Position numbers and translations under genes: made by a program. Positions 19,544 through 27,996 of a stretch of 55,312 nucleotides of DNA are shown in pieces; position 1 is the first letter of the stretch; each line of letters begins with the position of its first letter. The DNA comes from a virus (Duplodnaviria > Caudoviricetes). The DNA lies in IMG/VR virus record IMGVR_UViG_3300020182_002848, positions 1 to 55,312 of that record. The stretch is one strand, 5' to 3'. The notes under the pieces were generated by a model that saw only the letters and a program-made list of their open reading frames with translations, was not told the DNA's origin and searched no databases.

Positions 19544-20731
19544 ATGCTGAAAAAAATAAAACAAGGAATGTTTCCATTCCTAATCGGACTTTCTGCTTTG
19601 TCAGTTTCTGCTTCTGCTGCTTTCTATTCTGTTAGTGGTCTAAGTAAACTATTTGCAGGTGCTTCTTTAGAAGTTATTATAATGGCGGGTTCATTAGAAT
19701 TTGCTAAATTAGTAACTGCTTCACTTTTATATCAATATTGGGATACTATTAATAAAACTTTAAGAACTTATTTAGCAATCTCTACAGTAGTATTAGTATT
19801 AATTACTAGTATGGGTATTTATGGGTTTTTAAGTGCTGCTTATCAAGAAACATATTCTAAACTATCCTTAGTTGAAAATCAAAAAGGTTTTATCCAACAA
19901 AAAATTGACTTTTACCAAAATGATGTAACAAGATATAATGAAGAAATTAAAAGAATATCTAGTAATATTAGTACTTTATCTAATGCAAAAGCTTCGACCA
20001 TCCAAGTACGAGACACCTCGGTATCTGGGGGATTTAGACAAACAATCTCTACAACTGAGCTTAGAATGGCGCAGAATCGTATTAATATTGAGGAGGAGAA
20101 TCGTAAGTTGGCGCAATCAAAACGAACAGTAGCATCAGATAGTTTACAAAAATTCCAATTACAAGTACTGAAACTTGATAATAATACCGAGGTAGCTGGA
20201 GAGTTAGGACCACTGCAATATTTATCGAGTTTAACGGGTTATCCTATGGATAAAATTATAAATGTACTACTACTTATTATAATATTTGTATTTGATCCCC
20301 TAGCTATATCTTTAGTAGTTGCTGCAAACTTTGCTTTTGATAAAGCATATCCAAAAAAGAAATACAAAGAAAATTTGTATGGGGAAGAAGTAGAATTAGA
20401 TTTTGAAGTTAAAGATGCTGAAGAAATGAAAACTCAAGAGGAATTTATAAAAAATTTAGATAAACTTGAAAAGATAAGAGATTGGGAGGCAGCAGAACGA
20501 AGAATGGAAATCATAGGCCAAAATGGCAATGATGGAGAACACTACTCAGAATTAGATTTAAATAAGGATGGGAAAATAGACCAAAAGGAAATTAAATTTG
20601 CTTTAAAAAGAATAAAACAAATAAAAAATACAAAAGGTGGGGATTTAAAACCTAATAGTGAAATAGAAAGAGAATTAAAGTCTTTAAAAAAATTAATAGA
20701 TGATTCTAATGATTTAACTAAAACTTATTAA
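19544..20731 (+). CDS. Multi-TM coiled-coil membrane protein with EF-hand-like loop
   Basis: Three N-terminal TM segments, a long coiled coil, a TM 'LLIIIFVFDPLAI', and 'DLNKDGKIDQKE'. Confidence 0.65.
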   Translation: MLKKIKQGMFPFLIGLSALSVSASAAFYSVSGLSKLFAGASLEVIIMAGSLEFAKLVTASLLYQYWDTINKTLRTYLAISTVVLVLITSMGIYGFLSAAYQETYSKLSLVENQKGFIQQKIDFYQNDVTRYNEEIKRISSNISTLSNAKASTIQVRDTSVSGGFRQTISTTELRMAQNRINIEEENRKLAQSKRTVASDSLQKFQLQVLKLDNNTEVAGELGPLQYLSSLTGYPMDKIINVLLLIIIFVFDPLAISLVVAANFAFDKAYPKKKYKENLYGEEVELDFEVKDAEEMKTQEEFIKNLDKLEKIRDWEAAERRMEIIGQNGNDGEHYSELDLNKDGKIDQKEIKFALKRIKQIKNTKGGDLKPNSEIERELKSLKKLIDDSNDLTKTY

Positions 20732-20749
20732 AAGTAATATATGGAGATT

Positions 20750-20804
20750 TGGTTACCCGGAATAGGGTTCGTATATTCACCATGTTGAGCGATTAAGCAC
20801 AACA
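20750..20804 (+). promoter_or_regulatory. Promoter + leader stem-loop cassette, copy A
   Basis: TGG-N17-CGTATATT then CACCATGTTGAGCGATTAAGCACAACA; near-identical to 51906-51960. Confidence 0.75.
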
Positions 20805-20818
20805 CAAAAATAAAGGTC

Positions 20819-20932
20819 ATGAAAGAATTTATCAAGTCAATTAAAGAAAATCCAAGAGAATTTGTAGAAACTATAGTGCTAATGAGTACACTATCAGTAT
20901 TGTTTTATGTTTCAATGTGGATATTTTATTAA
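20819..20932 (+). CDS. Small membrane protein (37 aa, not in ORF track)
   Basis: MKEFIKSIKENPREFVETIVLMSTLSVLFYVSMWIFY; first ORF after the cassette, TAAAGGTC before the ATG, TAATG-coupled to the next gene. Confidence 0.6.
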   Translation: MKEFIKSIKENPREFVETIVLMSTLSVLFYVSMWIFY

Positions 20933-21450
20933 TGTATAGTCCTTATAGTCCTGTAACGTCGAGAAAGGAGTTAGATAAGAAGTTTTCTAAACTACGTAAA
21001 CTAACCTATAATGCCTTTAGATGGTGGAGAATGTATGATAATCCAAATAAACCTTTGTGCAATAGATCACCCTTCCGTGATCGTATATTAAATGGTGATT
21101 TTGATTATTCACACTACAAATATCAAGCAGATTGGTGCGAACATGAAATGAATGATATTGCACAAGAATGTGGTGATGATATAGGTAAATTTGTTGAAAA
21201 AACATCTTTATTACGTTCTCGAAGAAAACGTTTGCTTGAAGATTTTGAAAAAGATGAAAATAGTAAATTAGAAATGTTAATAAAGGCATTTACTGTTCAT
21301 TTTAGATGTAATAAAGAACAAGTTTATGAAGAAATTGAAAAATGTAGTGGTTCCCTGATAGATCTTTATTATATTATAGAAGAGAAATATAAAATAGTCC
21401 ATATGCCTTATCCATTAAAGCGTAGAGGACGACCAAAAAAAGTTATATAA
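20932..21450 (+). CDS. Hypothetical protein with C-terminal AT-hook-like RRGRPKK
   Basis: ATG overlaps the preceding stop; basic tail. Confidence 0.65.
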   Translation: MYSPYSPVTSRKELDKKFSKLRKLTYNAFRWWRMYDNPNKPLCNRSPFRDRILNGDFDYSHYKYQADWCEHEMNDIAQECGDDIGKFVEKTSLLRSRRKRLLEDFEKDENSKLEMLIKAFTVHFRCNKEQVYEEIEKCSGSLIDLYYIIEEKYKIVHMPYPLKRRGRPKKVI

Positions 21451-22248
21451 ATGAAAGTATCACACGAAGTACCTAGATGTTTACTAAACGCATCACAAGT
21501 TTTTAATGATTATGATTATTGTTTACCTCATCTATTAGATCAAGATGAAGAATATAAACAATATTTTGAAAAGGCTAGGGATGAAGGACGTTATGTTATT
21601 ATGGATAACTCACTTCATGAATTAGGAGAAGCATATGATTATGATAGATTAAGATATTGGGTTAATGAATTAAAACCTAATGAGTTTATAGTACCAGATG
21701 TTTGGATGGATTGTTCTCAAACAGCAGCACAAGCTAAGTACTGGAAACAATTCAAATATCCTAAAAAAACAAAATTAATTGCTGTAATTCAAGGTGAAAA
21801 TAAAAACCAAGCATATCTATGTGCTAACCTATTAGCTGAATTAGGATATGACAAATTATGTGTATCTTATGGTGCTACTTGGTATAATGATTTCTTCCCA
21901 CATACTAACGCAGATATGGGAAAGGCATTAGGTAGAGTAAGATTTGTACAGGGTCTATTTAAATTAAAACAATTAAAAGATATTAAATTTCATTTACTAG
22001 GGTGTTCAATACCACAAGAATTTGGATGGTATGATGATGGATTTCCATCAAGAATTGAATCAATTGATACTTCAAACCCTATAATGGCAGCTTTGGATGG
22101 AACTAGATATAATAGTAATGGTATGAATTACAAACCAAATGCTAATATGAATGATTTTTTTGATATTGAATATGAAGATATAAATTATATCGATATACTT
22201 TATAATACAACTAAATTTAGAGAAATTAATAATTTAAAAACCAAATAG
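21451..22248 (+). CDS. TGT/DpdA-like guanine transglycosylase-fold protein
   Basis: 'IMDNS', 'VPDV', 'AVIQG', 'FHLLG', 'SIDTS' follow the motif order of TGT/DpdA TIM barrels; lies next to queC/D/E and folE. Confidence 0.65.
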   Translation: MKVSHEVPRCLLNASQVFNDYDYCLPHLLDQDEEYKQYFEKARDEGRYVIMDNSLHELGEAYDYDRLRYWVNELKPNEFIVPDVWMDCSQTAAQAKYWKQFKYPKKTKLIAVIQGENKNQAYLCANLLAELGYDKLCVSYGATWYNDFFPHTNADMGKALGRVRFVQGLFKLKQLKDIKFHLLGCSIPQEFGWYDDGFPSRIESIDTSNPIMAALDGTRYNSNGMNYKPNANMNDFFDIEYEDINYIDILYNTTKFREINNLKTK

Positions 22249-22250
22249 TT

Positions 22251-22442
22251 ATGATGTCACTTTATGATTACCGAGGTCACGCAGATAAAGACGGGACAGG
22301 ATTAAAAGTTAATGCTTATGCAATATTAACAAACCAACCTTATAAAAAAAGGTTATTAGAATTTAATAATATGGAAGTATTTTTATATAGGAAAGAATTC
22401 TTAGATGAATATTTTAAAGTTCAAGAAATTTTCAATAAATAA
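22251..22442 (+). CDS. Hypothetical protein
   Basis: Tightly packed ORF, 'SLYDYRG...FLDEYF'. Confidence 0.6.
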   Translation: MMSLYDYRGHADKDGTGLKVNAYAILTNQPYKKRLLEFNNMEVFLYRKEFLDEYFKVQEIFNK

Positions 22443-22445
22443 ATT

Positions 22446-22643
22446 ATGGCTAAATTAACAAGAACAGTAAATTATGCTAACTTCAGATGGGAAGAATACG
22501 TGCTAACAGAAGAAGAACTAACAAAGTGGAAAACAGGTGATGAAGATCTTCAACAAGAAATTATAGATGATGCGGATTGGGATCTAGTAAGAGATAAACC
22601 AATTGATGATTACAGTGACGTAGAATTTAAAGAAGACGAATAA
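22446..22643 (+). CDS. Hypothetical acidic protein
   Basis: Tightly packed ORF. Confidence 0.6.
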   Translation: MAKLTRTVNYANFRWEEYVLTEEELTKWKTGDEDLQQEIIDDADWDLVRDKPIDDYSDVEFKEDE

Positions 22644-22644
22644 T

Positions 22645-22830
22645 ATGGCAGAATTTATAAAACACGCATTAGGTCTTTGTGGAGAGCACTTTCATCCAAA
22701 TTTATGGACACTTCTTATAGGAGGGGTTGGATTCTCTACTTTCTTTTCATATGTTCGATCATATATAAAATGTAAATTTAATCAAGCGTTGGCCTATACG
22801 CAAAATACCTGGCAAAAATTAAATAAATAA
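22645..22830 (+). CDS. Small membrane protein
   Basis: 'HALGLCGEHFHP' followed by a hydrophobic segment. Confidence 0.6.
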   Translation: MAEFIKHALGLCGEHFHPNLWTLLIGGVGFSTFFSYVRSYIKCKFNQALAYTQNTWQKLNK

Positions 22831-22832
22831 AT

Positions 22833-23651
22833 ATGGCACATTGTGTAGTAAGTTTAAGTGGTGGAATGGATAGCAGCACCCTATTGTTAAGAGCTATCGA
22901 AGAGTATGATACAGTAACTGGTATCTCATTTGACTATGGTCAAAAACACAAAGTAGAGCTAGAAAGAGCTCAATCATTAATTGATTACCTTGCAAGTAAA
23001 GGTCACAAAGTAAATTATCGTCAAATTAAACTAGATGGATTAGTAGATTTACTAGATTCTGCATTAGTAGAAGGTGGAGATGATGTACCTGAAGGACATT
23101 ATGAACAAGATAATATGAAAGAAACTGTTGTTCCTAACAGAAACAAAATGTTTGCTTCTATTACTCAAGCAGTAGCTTTATCTATAGCAAATAAAAAAGA
23201 AGATGTTTGTGATATTGCTTTAGGAATTCATGCTGGTGATCATGCTGTTTATCCTGATTGTAGACAAGAATTTAGAGATGCAGATGATGCAGCTTTTAGA
23301 ATGGGAAATTGGGATGCTGATAGAGTAGGTTACTTTACTCCTTATTTAAATACTGATAAATTTGGTATTTTACAAGATGGAGAAAAATTATGTGAATCGT
23401 TAGGAATTGATTTTAACGAAGTATATAAAAGAACAAATACCTCTTATAAACCAATGAAAGTTTACAGCAGACCTGAAACAAATGCTTGGGAATGGTATAG
23501 TGATTATAAATCAGCTTCATCAGTAGAACGTATTGAGGCTTTTATTAAATTAGGTAGACCTGATCCTGTTGGATATGCTGATGAAACAGGTGTAGTTAGT
23601 TACCAAGTTGCAAAAGCTCATGTTGAGAAAGTTCTTGCTGAATACGTATAG
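22833..23651 (+). CDS. queC: 7-cyano-7-deazaguanine synthase
   Basis: 'SLSGGMDS' PP-loop, 'FDYGQKH', 'VPNRN', 'YPDCR'. The C-terminal Zn cysteines are replaced by Ser. Confidence 0.9.
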   Translation: MAHCVVSLSGGMDSSTLLLRAIEEYDTVTGISFDYGQKHKVELERAQSLIDYLASKGHKVNYRQIKLDGLVDLLDSALVEGGDDVPEGHYEQDNMKETVVPNRNKMFASITQAVALSIANKKEDVCDIALGIHAGDHAVYPDCRQEFRDADDAAFRMGNWDADRVGYFTPYLNTDKFGILQDGEKLCESLGIDFNEVYKRTNTSYKPMKVYSRPETNAWEWYSDYKSASSVERIEAFIKLGRPDPVGYADETGVVSYQVAKAHVEKVLAEYV

Positions 23652-23679
23652 ATACATATAAATATTTAATAATACAGTA

Positions 23680-23826
23680 ATGACAACAAATCAACAATCA
23701 AACAACGGACAAACCCAAGTTAATAGTGCTAGGGAAACGTTTAATTCAAAGGTATCTCGACTAAGTATGTTAGGGAAATCTAAAAAAGTTGCCTGGGATA
23801 GTTTTAGAAGAAACAGGTCAATTTAA
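23680..23826 (+). CDS. Small basic protein (48 aa, not in ORF track)
   Basis: MTTNQQSNNGQTQVNSARETFNSKVSRLSMLGKSKKVAWDSFRRNRSI; downstream of an ATACGTATA motif at 23642. Confidence 0.5.
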   Translation: MTTNQQSNNGQTQVNSARETFNSKVSRLSMLGKSKKVAWDSFRRNRSI

Positions 23827-23831
23827 ATTAT

Positions 23832-23922
23832 AGAGAGACAGTAAAGCTGATTAAATTGAGATTATGGTAAAGGTTAACCACTCATTAACGCAGTAACCTT
23901 GAAAGACCCGAAATGTCTCTCT
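23832..23922 (+). ncRNA. Candidate structured RNA with pseudoknot, family unassigned
   Basis: 9-bp closing stem AGAGAGACA/TGTCTCTCT; interrupted inner stem; loop AAGGTTA complementary to downstream TAACCTT; fills the gap up to the tRNA. Confidence 0.6.
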
Positions 23923-23927
23923 TAAAA

Positions 23928-24000
23928 TGTCCTGTGGTGTAATTGGTAACACGTCTGTTTTTGGTACAGAAGAGTATAGGTTCGAGACCTGTCGGGACAA
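23928..24000 (+). tRNA. tRNA-Gln(UUG), CCA not encoded
   Basis: Acceptor TGTCCTG/CGGGACA; D arm GTGT-AATTGGTA-ACAC; anticodon stem TCTGT/ACAGA with loop TTTTGGT (TTG at 23961-23963); T arm with GGTTCGAGACC. Confidence 0.93.
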
Positions 24001-24011
24001 CAAAAAGTTAT

Positions 24012-24248
24012 ATGAAAAAATTTATAGAATTTTCTCTAATTTGGTACAGCCAACAAATGGCAATTCCCTTTTGGGTTGTAGGTCATGTCCACCTTAGTAT
24101 AAATACCTATAAAGATATTCATGAAATAATTACTAGCTTAGGTTTAAACCTTCTAGTAGCAATTGGGTTTATAATAGATTATAAAAAAACAACAAAAAGT
24201 TATGAAAAAACAAAAACTACCAGACGCAAGAAAACACCAACAAATTAG
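24012..24248 (+). CDS. Small membrane protein (start corrected to lie after the tRNA)
   Basis: ATG at 24012 preceded by AAAAGTTAT; two hydrophobic segments. Confidence 0.55.
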   Translation: MKKFIEFSLIWYSQQMAIPFWVVGHVHLSINTYKDIHEIITSLGLNLLVAIGFIIDYKKTTKSYEKTKTTRRKKTPTN

Positions 24249-24366
24249 CTTTATCAAATCAGGAATCCGTATTTTAGGGTACGGAGCTTTATGGTATAGC
24301 TTGGATATTGCAGTTATTTTACTTATATTGAGTGAAATAGTAGGAATAGGAGAAGAATTAGTATAA
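24202..24366 (+). CDS. Small membrane protein (54 aa, not in ORF track)
   Basis: MKKQKLPDARKHQQISFIKSGIRILGYGALWYSLDIAVILLILSEIVGIGEELV; AAAAGTT before the ATG. Confidence 0.65.
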   Translation: MKKQKLPDARKHQQISFIKSGIRILGYGALWYSLDIAVILLILSEIVGIGEELV

Positions 24367-24386
24367 ATAAATTTAAATCAAAAATA

Positions 24387-24635
24387 ATGAAAACAATCCT
24401 TTATTTTACCGCTTCATGGTGTGGTCCATGTAAAGCATTAGCACCTAGAATGGAAAAACTAGCAAGTCAAATTAATTATAGAAAAATTGATGTTGACTCA
24501 AATCAAGATATGTCTATGAAATATGGAGTTCGAAATGTACCCTCTTTAGTATTAGTAGATGAAAATGGGACAGAATTAAATAGGATGGTTGGAGTACAAC
24601 CAGATCAAGCAATCTTAAATTTTTATAATGGGTAA
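24387..24635 (+). CDS. Thioredoxin
   Basis: 'FTASWCGPCK', 'VRNVPSL'. Confidence 0.9.
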   Translation: MKTILYFTASWCGPCKALAPRMEKLASQINYRKIDVDSNQDMSMKYGVRNVPSLVLVDENGTELNRMVGVQPDQAILNFYNG

Positions 24636-25092
24636 ATATCAATCAAGTAAAGTATTTGACGGTTTTAGTACAGTGTTTCGTCAATGGAGAGCAGAAAGTA
24701 CACACTGTAGATTTGTACACGGTTATGGAATTTCATTCAAAGTATATTTTGAAGGGGAATTAGATGACAGAAATTGGGTTTGGGATTTTGGAGGTATGAA
24801 ACGCGCTAAAACTCTAATTGATGGTAAACAACCAAAAGCTTGGATGGATTATATGTTTGATCATACAATGATTATAGCAGAAGATGATCCATGGATAGAA
24901 GCATTTAGACAAATGGATGAAGCAGAAGTTGCTCAAGTAAGAATCATACCAGCTACTGGCGCTGAGAAATTCTCAGAATATATTTATAATAAGTTAAATG
25001 AATTTGTAAAGACTGAAACTGATAATAGGGTTAGAGTTACTAAAGTTAAATTCATGGAACATGGTAAAAATGCAGCCTATTACTGCGAATAA
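24628..25092 (+). CDS. queD: 6-carboxytetrahydropterin synthase
   Basis: 'HCRFVHGY', 'WVWDFG', 'FDHT', 'GAEKF', 'EH...A'. Confidence 0.85.
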   Translation: MGKYQSSKVFDGFSTVFRQWRAESTHCRFVHGYGISFKVYFEGELDDRNWVWDFGGMKRAKTLIDGKQPKAWMDYMFDHTMIIAEDDPWIEAFRQMDEAEVAQVRIIPATGAEKFSEYIYNKLNEFVKTETDNRVRVTKVKFMEHGKNAAYYCE

Positions 25093-25135
25093 TAAGTTAT
25101 TAGTGAATGAAAAACCACTTAAAAAAATTAACAAT

Positions 25136-25921
25136 ATGCACAAACAATTGAAACGTATTGAGGATTACGATAAAAACCTCCCAATTGTAGAAATATATAC
25201 TGCAGTTCAATCTGAAGGCTCTAGAGCAGGATATCCAACAGTAGTAATTAGAACAACAGGGTGTACCCACAGATGTTATTTTGGTGAAGGGGGATGGTGT
25301 GATAGTTGGTATACAAGCATCCATCCAGAAAAAGGACATTTTAATTTTAAAGACATTATTCAAGCATATAAGGATAATCCTCATATTAAAGAGATGATGT
25401 TAACAGGAGGATCTCCTACTATGCATCCGGCATTAGTAAACGAATTAACACATTTTGCACATGAAAACAATATCTTTATTACTATTGAAACTGAGGGATC
25501 TCATTTTCTTCCTACCGATTATCCTATTAATTTGCTTAGCATTAGTCCTAAGTTTAGTAATAGTATCCCCGTTGTTGGTGTTGAAACTCCTCAAGGATCC
25601 ATTACCGACGAAAGAATGGTAAAACGTCATAATAAGTTTAGACTTAATTATGAAGCTATTTCACAATCAATTTCATACCATTCAGATTATCATATTAAAC
25701 CTGTATGGGATGGTAAGGATGAAGGTTCATTAGAAGAAATTCTTAATTTTATTAAAATTATGGATGTACCCCAAGATAAAGTATGGTTTATGCCTGCTGG
25801 GGATTCAAGAGAGGGTTTATTTAAATCTTATCCTTTAGTATTTGATTGGGTTAGAGATAATGGTTATAGAATGACTTGGAGACCACATATTATTGCTTTC
25901 GAAGATCAGCGAGAAGTATAG
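25136..25921 (+). CDS. queE: 7-carboxy-7-deazaguanine synthase (radical SAM)
   Basis: 'EIYTAVQSEG..AG.P.V.IRT.GC...C...WCDS', 'LTGGSP', 'IETEG', 'SISPK'. Start may be GTG at 25103. Confidence 0.9.
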   Translation: MHKQLKRIEDYDKNLPIVEIYTAVQSEGSRAGYPTVVIRTTGCTHRCYFGEGGWCDSWYTSIHPEKGHFNFKDIIQAYKDNPHIKEMMLTGGSPTMHPALVNELTHFAHENNIFITIETEGSHFLPTDYPINLLSISPKFSNSIPVVGVETPQGSITDERMVKRHNKFRLNYEAISQSISYHSDYHIKPVWDGKDEGSLEEILNFIKIMDVPQDKVWFMPAGDSREGLFKSYPLVFDWVRDNGYRMTWRPHIIAFEDQREV

Positions 25922-26061
25922 TGGATAAGCAAGAAGCCCTTCGTATATTAGAGGAAATAGAAGAGAACATCAATGTCTGTTGTGCTATAACAATGGAACC
26001 AGATGAAGTATTAGTATTAGTAGATAAATTAAAAAGTTATATAAATGGAGAACAAACGTAG
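25921..26061 (+). CDS. Small hypothetical protein (GTG start) overlapping a promoter motif
   Basis: Fills the queE-folE gap. Confidence 0.45.
   Translation: MDKQEALRILEEIEENINVCCAITMEPDEVLVLVDKLKSYINGEQT
25922..25949 (+). promoter_or_regulatory. TGG-N17-CGTATATT motif upstream of folE
   Basis: Exact consensus and spacing. Confidence 0.6.
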
Positions 26062-26740
26062 AAAAGTTCACGAAGAATTAGAAGTAGTAAAAGTAGGTTA
26101 TGCAAACGGGGTTGCCGAAGGATTTCCCTTTACAGATAAAGAAAAATTAAAAATGATTGATAAAGCAGAAAAAGCTTATGGTAAGTTTTTAGATGCTTTA
26201 AAATGTGATTGGAGAGATGATCCCAATTCAATGGAAACACCTCGACGAGTAGCTAAAGCTTATGTGAATGATTTATGGGCTGGTAGATATACAGCAATGT
26301 CCCCTATAACATCCTTTCCTTCGGATGGGTATGATGGAATCGTTATTGAAAGAAACATCCCTCTTACCTCAATGTGTTCACACCACCACCAAACAATTGG
26401 AGGTGTGGTACACATTGGTTATATTGCAGGAGAAGGTGGTCAAGTAATTGGATTATCTAAATTAAATAGAATTGTAGAATTATTTGGTCGTAGAGGAGCA
26501 ATACAAGAACAATTAACATCAGCTATCCATAATGCTGTAGATAAAATTACAGCAGGGAATAAAGGTGTTATTGTTACTATAGTAGGTACTCATAATTGTG
26601 TATCTTGTAGAGGTGTTAAACATCAAGGTGCAGCAATGGTTACAACTAAGGCATCAGGTGTATTTAGAGAAAATGATAATTTATCTCGTAAAGAGTTTTT
26701 TGATAGTTTAAAAATTAATAACGGAGGACATAATATATAA
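26045..26740 (+). CDS. folE: GTP cyclohydrolase I
   Basis: 'ETPRRVAK', 'SMCSHH', 'GLSKLNR', 'IQEQLT', 'HNCVSCRG'. Confidence 0.95.
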   Translation: MENKRRKVHEELEVVKVGYANGVAEGFPFTDKEKLKMIDKAEKAYGKFLDALKCDWRDDPNSMETPRRVAKAYVNDLWAGRYTAMSPITSFPSDGYDGIVIERNIPLTSMCSHHHQTIGGVVHIGYIAGEGGQVIGLSKLNRIVELFGRRGAIQEQLTSAIHNAVDKITAGNKGVIVTIVGTHNCVSCRGVKHQGAAMVTTKASGVFRENDNLSRKEFFDSLKINNGGHNI

Positions 26741-26745
26741 GAGAT

Positions 26746-27198
26746 ATGGCATTAAAAGCAGACAATAAAATATATTTATGTTGGGCGGACATTAATGACG
26801 CAGTTGATAATTTATGTAATAAAATTAGACACGATCAACCTAATATAGATTCTATTCATGGTATTGCTAGAGGAGGACTAATCCCAGCAGTATTAATATC
26901 GCATAAATTAGGTTTACCTTGGACGGATGTTATATTACCTAATACTTTAGTAGTAGATGACATATGTGATTCAGGAGCAACATTAGAAAAAGCCCCTGGA
27001 GTTTGGACAGCAGTATTACATTATAAACCCCACACATCATGTTTTCAACCTAGTATATGGTCTGAAATACATGAAGGGGATGAATGGTTAATTTATCCTT
27101 GGGAAACCAAAGATTCCAAACCTATTCAAGATTATTTAAAACCTGGAGCTAAAGAATGGAGAGATAAAGCAGATGAATATTATAAATCAAATAAATAA
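26746..27198 (+). CDS. Purine phosphoribosyltransferase (Gpt-like)
   Basis: 'GIARGGLIPA', PRPP loop 'LVVDDICDSGAT', 'W.IYPWE'. Confidence 0.85.
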   Translation: MALKADNKIYLCWADINDAVDNLCNKIRHDQPNIDSIHGIARGGLIPAVLISHKLGLPWTDVILPNTLVVDDICDSGATLEKAPGVWTAVLHYKPHTSCFQPSIWSEIHEGDEWLIYPWETKDSKPIQDYLKPGAKEWRDKADEYYKSNK

Positions 27199-27200
27199 AT

Positions 27201-27398
27201 ATGGAATATTGGCAAATTAAAACTCAAAACGAATTTGAGAATGAAAGAGGTAGGATACAAAAAACAACTGAATTATATTTAGTGGTAGCAGTATCAGCAA
27301 CTGATGCAGAAGCTAAGATGTACAAACATAATGAAGGTATGTCTAATTTTAGAGTTGTAGAAGTAAAGAAAACTAAATTTTTAGAAGTAATAAGCTAA
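27201..27398 (+). CDS. DUF4494-like small protein
   Basis: 'QKTTELYLVVAVSATDAEAK' resembles the Bacteroidota DUF4494 pattern KKVTE.YLVDA.SFTEAE. Confidence 0.55.
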   Translation: MEYWQIKTQNEFENERGRIQKTTELYLVVAVSATDAEAKMYKHNEGMSNFRVVEVKKTKFLEVIS

Positions 27399-27940
27399 TG
27401 GGAAAACAATTAAATTTTGGGTTTAATGACCCCGTAAACAAAGCAGTAGATGTGCCTTTTGTTAACGAAGTAGAAACATTTAATGGCACATTCGGAAAAC
27501 CAAATAATTATGAACCAACAATACCAGAAAAAAAGGAGTGGGAATTCGTATACGACTTTGTACTTGAAGAATTGGAAGAATATAGACAGGCTTGCGAAAA
27601 CGGAGACATCGTGGAAGTTTTGGATGCTTTGTGTGATATTGCTTATGTTTCCCTTGGGAACGGTACTATGTTACACGGTCTTAAAGGTAAGATATGGCCC
27701 GCGTATCAAGAAGTACAAGGAAGCAATATGTCGAAGTCTTGTAGCACTAAAGAGGAAGCCATGGAGACTGTCACCCTCCGCTCTAAAGAACAAGCTGAGC
27801 CATGTCACTTTGAACAGATCGAAGACCGATTCGTAGTATATAGAACACGTGATCGTAAAGTAATGAAGTCTATTAATTACTATAGACCAGATTTGAAACA
27901 ATTCTTTACACAAGAAGAATTAAAGAAAAAATATCTGTAA
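27398..27940 (+). CDS. MazG-like (all-alpha) NTP pyrophosphohydrolase
   Basis: 'EELEEY...D..EVLDALCDIAYV..G', 'EVQGSNMSK', 'KVMKS'. Confidence 0.85.
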   Translation: MGKQLNFGFNDPVNKAVDVPFVNEVETFNGTFGKPNNYEPTIPEKKEWEFVYDFVLEELEEYRQACENGDIVEVLDALCDIAYVSLGNGTMLHGLKGKIWPAYQEVQGSNMSKSCSTKEEAMETVTLRSKEQAEPCHFEQIEDRFVVYRTRDRKVMKSINYYRPDLKQFFTQEELKKKYL

Positions 27941-27947
27941 AAAACTT

Positions 27948-27975
27948 AGGCTCCCGTAGGGAGCCTTTGTATATT
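27948..27975 (+). promoter_or_regulatory. Hairpin/terminator superimposed on a promoter variant (AGG-N17-TGTATATT)
   Basis: AGGCTCCC-GTA-GGGAGCCT stem occupies the 17-nt spacer. Confidence 0.65.
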
Positions 27976-27996
27976 CACCCAAATAAAAGTTATATA

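Noticed and set aside
21082-21089. CGTATATT inside ORF 20932-21450
   Set aside because: Lacks the upstream TGG at 17-nt spacing; not counted as a promoter.
23832-23922. Hammerhead ribozyme or preQ1 riboswitch reading of the candidate RNA
   Set aside because: CTGATTA is not CUGANGA, stem I is missing and the GAAA/stem III register does not fit. It also lacks the short hairpin + A-rich tail of preQ1-I.
23943-24011. N-terminal extension of ORF 23943-24248
   Set aside because: It overlaps the tRNA; the ATG at 24012 has the typical leader motif.
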